Shown one piece after another: positions 16,410-18,421 of a stretch of 18,421 nt of DNA. Positions within the stretch are counted from its first letter, which is position 1. Each line of letters starts with the position of its first letter. A program made the translations under genes and the position numbers. This DNA is from Promethearchaeota archaeon (GTDB lineage Archaea; Asgardarchaeota; Lokiarchaeia; Sigyniarchaeales; SOKP01). The notes below the pieces were generated by a model. The model was given only the letters and a program-made list of their open reading frames with translations. It was not told where the DNA came from and did no database searches. The DNA lies in the NCBI GenBank assembly GCA_048938445.1, contig JBHLME010000089.1, positions 1-18,421 of the forward strand, in the 5' to 3' direction.

Positions 16410-16794
16410 TTTGTTTTTTTAAAATTAAGAAATTAGTAATTTTAATCTACGATAGAAGTGATATTTAGCATTAACATCCCAATATTTATCTTAATTATAA
16501 CAATTCTTAGAAAGACTCTAATAATTTCTAGAATAAGAAAAGCTAAACACATTAATCTATTAAATCTCAAACCAAAAACACTTAAAAGAATACATTCTAA
16601 GAAAATCCCGCAATAATAATTATTTTCCTGTTTATTAGAATTAAAAAATTTTTAAGATATTATTTATTTTTAAATTTAACAATGGTTTAATAAATCTAGA
16701 ATGAAAAAATAGCCAAAAATATATCATTCAAAAGTATACATAATAAAAGATTTATAGCATTGAAAAATAACAAGGCAAGATTAAAAAAAGTCAT

Positions 16795-18357
16795 ATGAAT
16801 CAGACTATTAAATTTACGCTAAACAAATTTTTTCTAAGAGACATGAACATAACCACTAAAGGTTTTTTATTTTTTTTAGGTGGTTTTGTATATTATCTAA
16901 TCTCTCTTGAATATTTTATTCTATCAATTATTAAATATCTTGCAACACCTTACATATTAATTTTTATATTTTCTATTTTATTATCTTTTATTTTAGGAGG
17001 ATATATTGTTGATATTTATAAAAATAGGATGATCTTAATTTTAATTTCATCAATATTAGTTATATTTGGGATTATTTTTACATTTTCTGATACTGAATCG
17101 CTACAAATTGGCGGACTTATCATTATTTTCATGGCATCAACTGTTTTTATAATCGATTTGCACACAATACTCGTACATGAATCCACTATTCTTAATCGTG
17201 GTAGATTAACGAGTTATCTCTTATTCTTTTCAATAATTATCGCAACTAGCATACTTTTAACATCTATTTTGAATTTAATTGCAATTATAATTATTTTAAC
17301 CATAATTGTCTTCATTAATATATTCTATATTTTGAGGGAATATTCTTATATTGAGTCAAATGAACGTCTTTCTTCTGATTTATCCTTTAGGGTGTATCTA
17401 TCTCAAGATCCTATAAATGGATATTTATTTTTATTTTTAATATTAAGCATCATTGTAGGCTATTCATTTCCAAGTTCATTTAGTTTGGTTATTAATCCTT
17501 TTAGTTTGTTTATATTTATATTAGGCTTTTTGATATACATAGGAGTTTTATTAGATAATCAAGGAAGAAAATGGAGTTTCACAGCTACTTTATTTACATT
17601 TACATTGTTGTTTTTATTAGAAGATCTCAACTTTATCATTAATTTCTATAATGAAATTTTTTTTGGGCTCTCAATACCTCTGGTACTTGTATTAATTTTT
17701 ACATTTTCAGGAGATTTTTCAACAAAAAGAAATACCATTAAATATAGGGGAAGAATATTATCAATCTTTTTAATAATACTCCTTAGTGGAATAACTATGG
17801 GGGTGATTTTCAAGGTGTTTTTCAGTCTTTTGGTTACCATTTTTCCCGAAATTGTTTGGTTTTCAACTATCTCTAAAATCTTTGGTTTCTTTCTCGTTAT
17901 TATATCATTGGTCCGGATAATGCCTCTTCCAGAAATACTTTCTGCAAAGGAAGCAGATTGGGCAAAAACAATCCAAAGTATATATATCTTTAATAAAGAT
18001 TCTATTTGCCTCTTTAATAAAGACTATACTACCTCCTCCGAAGATTCAGAGGGGATATGTGAGGATTTAGTAACTAGTGGATTAACAGGCATTATGGGTT
18101 TGATTTCAGAAATTACTAATGAACAAAAAAACTTGAGGATAATTGATAAAGAACGTGTAAAAATATATTTCACTTATGGTAAATTTGTTAATATTGCATT
18201 AATCTCAACAAAGTTTTTACCAATTCTATTTAAAAAAATGGAAATTTTCATGAAAGCTTTTGAAAAACATTTTGAACAGGATTTAAAAGAATTTAATGGA
18301 AATATTAACGTTTTTTTAGAAGACACGGATGAAATTATTCAAAAATATTTTAAATAA
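16795..18357 (+). CDS. 12-TM MFS-fold membrane protein fused to a C-terminal longin-like domain
   Basis: Twelve hydrophobic segments in a 6+6 arrangement. MFS motif-A-like loops GGYIVDIYKNR and GVLLDNQGRKW; RGR loops (NRGRL, YRGRI). Soluble C-terminal 130 aa show a beta-beta-alpha-beta-beta-beta-alpha-alpha pattern (SIYIFNKDSICLF...DLVTSGLTGIMGLISEI...FEKHF...FNGN). Start may be 16843. Confidence 0.8.
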   Translation: MNQTIKFTLNKFFLRDMNITTKGFLFFLGGFVYYLISLEYFILSIIKYLATPYILIFIFSILLSFILGGYIVDIYKNRMILILISSILVIFGIIFTFSDTESLQIGGLIIIFMASTVFIIDLHTILVHESTILNRGRLTSYLLFFSIIIATSILLTSILNLIAIIIILTIIVFINIFYILREYSYIESNERLSSDLSFRVYLSQDPINGYLFLFLILSIIVGYSFPSSFSLVINPFSLFIFILGFLIYIGVLLDNQGRKWSFTATLFTFTLLFLLEDLNFIINFYNEIFFGLSIPLVLVLIFTFSGDFSTKRNTIKYRGRILSIFLIILLSGITMGVIFKVFFSLLVTIFPEIVWFSTISKIFGFFLVIISLVRIMPLPEILSAKEADWAKTIQSIYIFNKDSICLFNKDYTTSSEDSEGICEDLVTSGLTGIMGLISEITNEQKNLRIIDKERVKIYFTYGKFVNIALISTKFLPILFKKMEIFMKAFEKHFEQDLKEFNGNINVFLEDTDEIIQKYFK

Positions 18358-18421
18358 CTAAAAAATTATATTTATAAATTTGTATTGTCTATCATAATTT
18401 ACTTTAACAAAAAAAATATAA

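Noticed and set aside
17646-17840. 64-aa - strand ORF
   Set aside because: Antisense shadow of TM-coding sequence.

Overview
Very AT-rich archaeal window. The gene content (TFB, several small GTPases, a roadblock/LC7 protein, a longin-like domain fusion, a Zn-ribbon hypothetical) strongly suggests Asgard archaea, most likely Lokiarchaeia; this assignment is inferred from protein patterns, not from a marker gene. It holds 15 credible CDSs, and no rRNA, tRNA, CRISPR or transposase was seen. The most striking aspect is a concentration of eukaryote-like small-GTPase signalling parts: a 1074-aa pseudo-GTPase/alpha-solenoid protein with a duplicated C-terminal domain, a multidomain Arf/Rag-like GTPase, a roadblock protein co-oriented with a PAP2 lipid phosphatase, a Rab-like GTPase, and a 12-TM MFS-fold protein fused to a longin-like domain (candidate transceptor). 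Lipid-phosphate enzymes (PAP2, CTP-dependent kinase, HAD) are interspersed. Non-coding signals: a 58-bp near-exact direct repeat flanking the first gene, a tandem palindromic operator upstream of a PadR gene, and a 935-bp gap between convergent genes.
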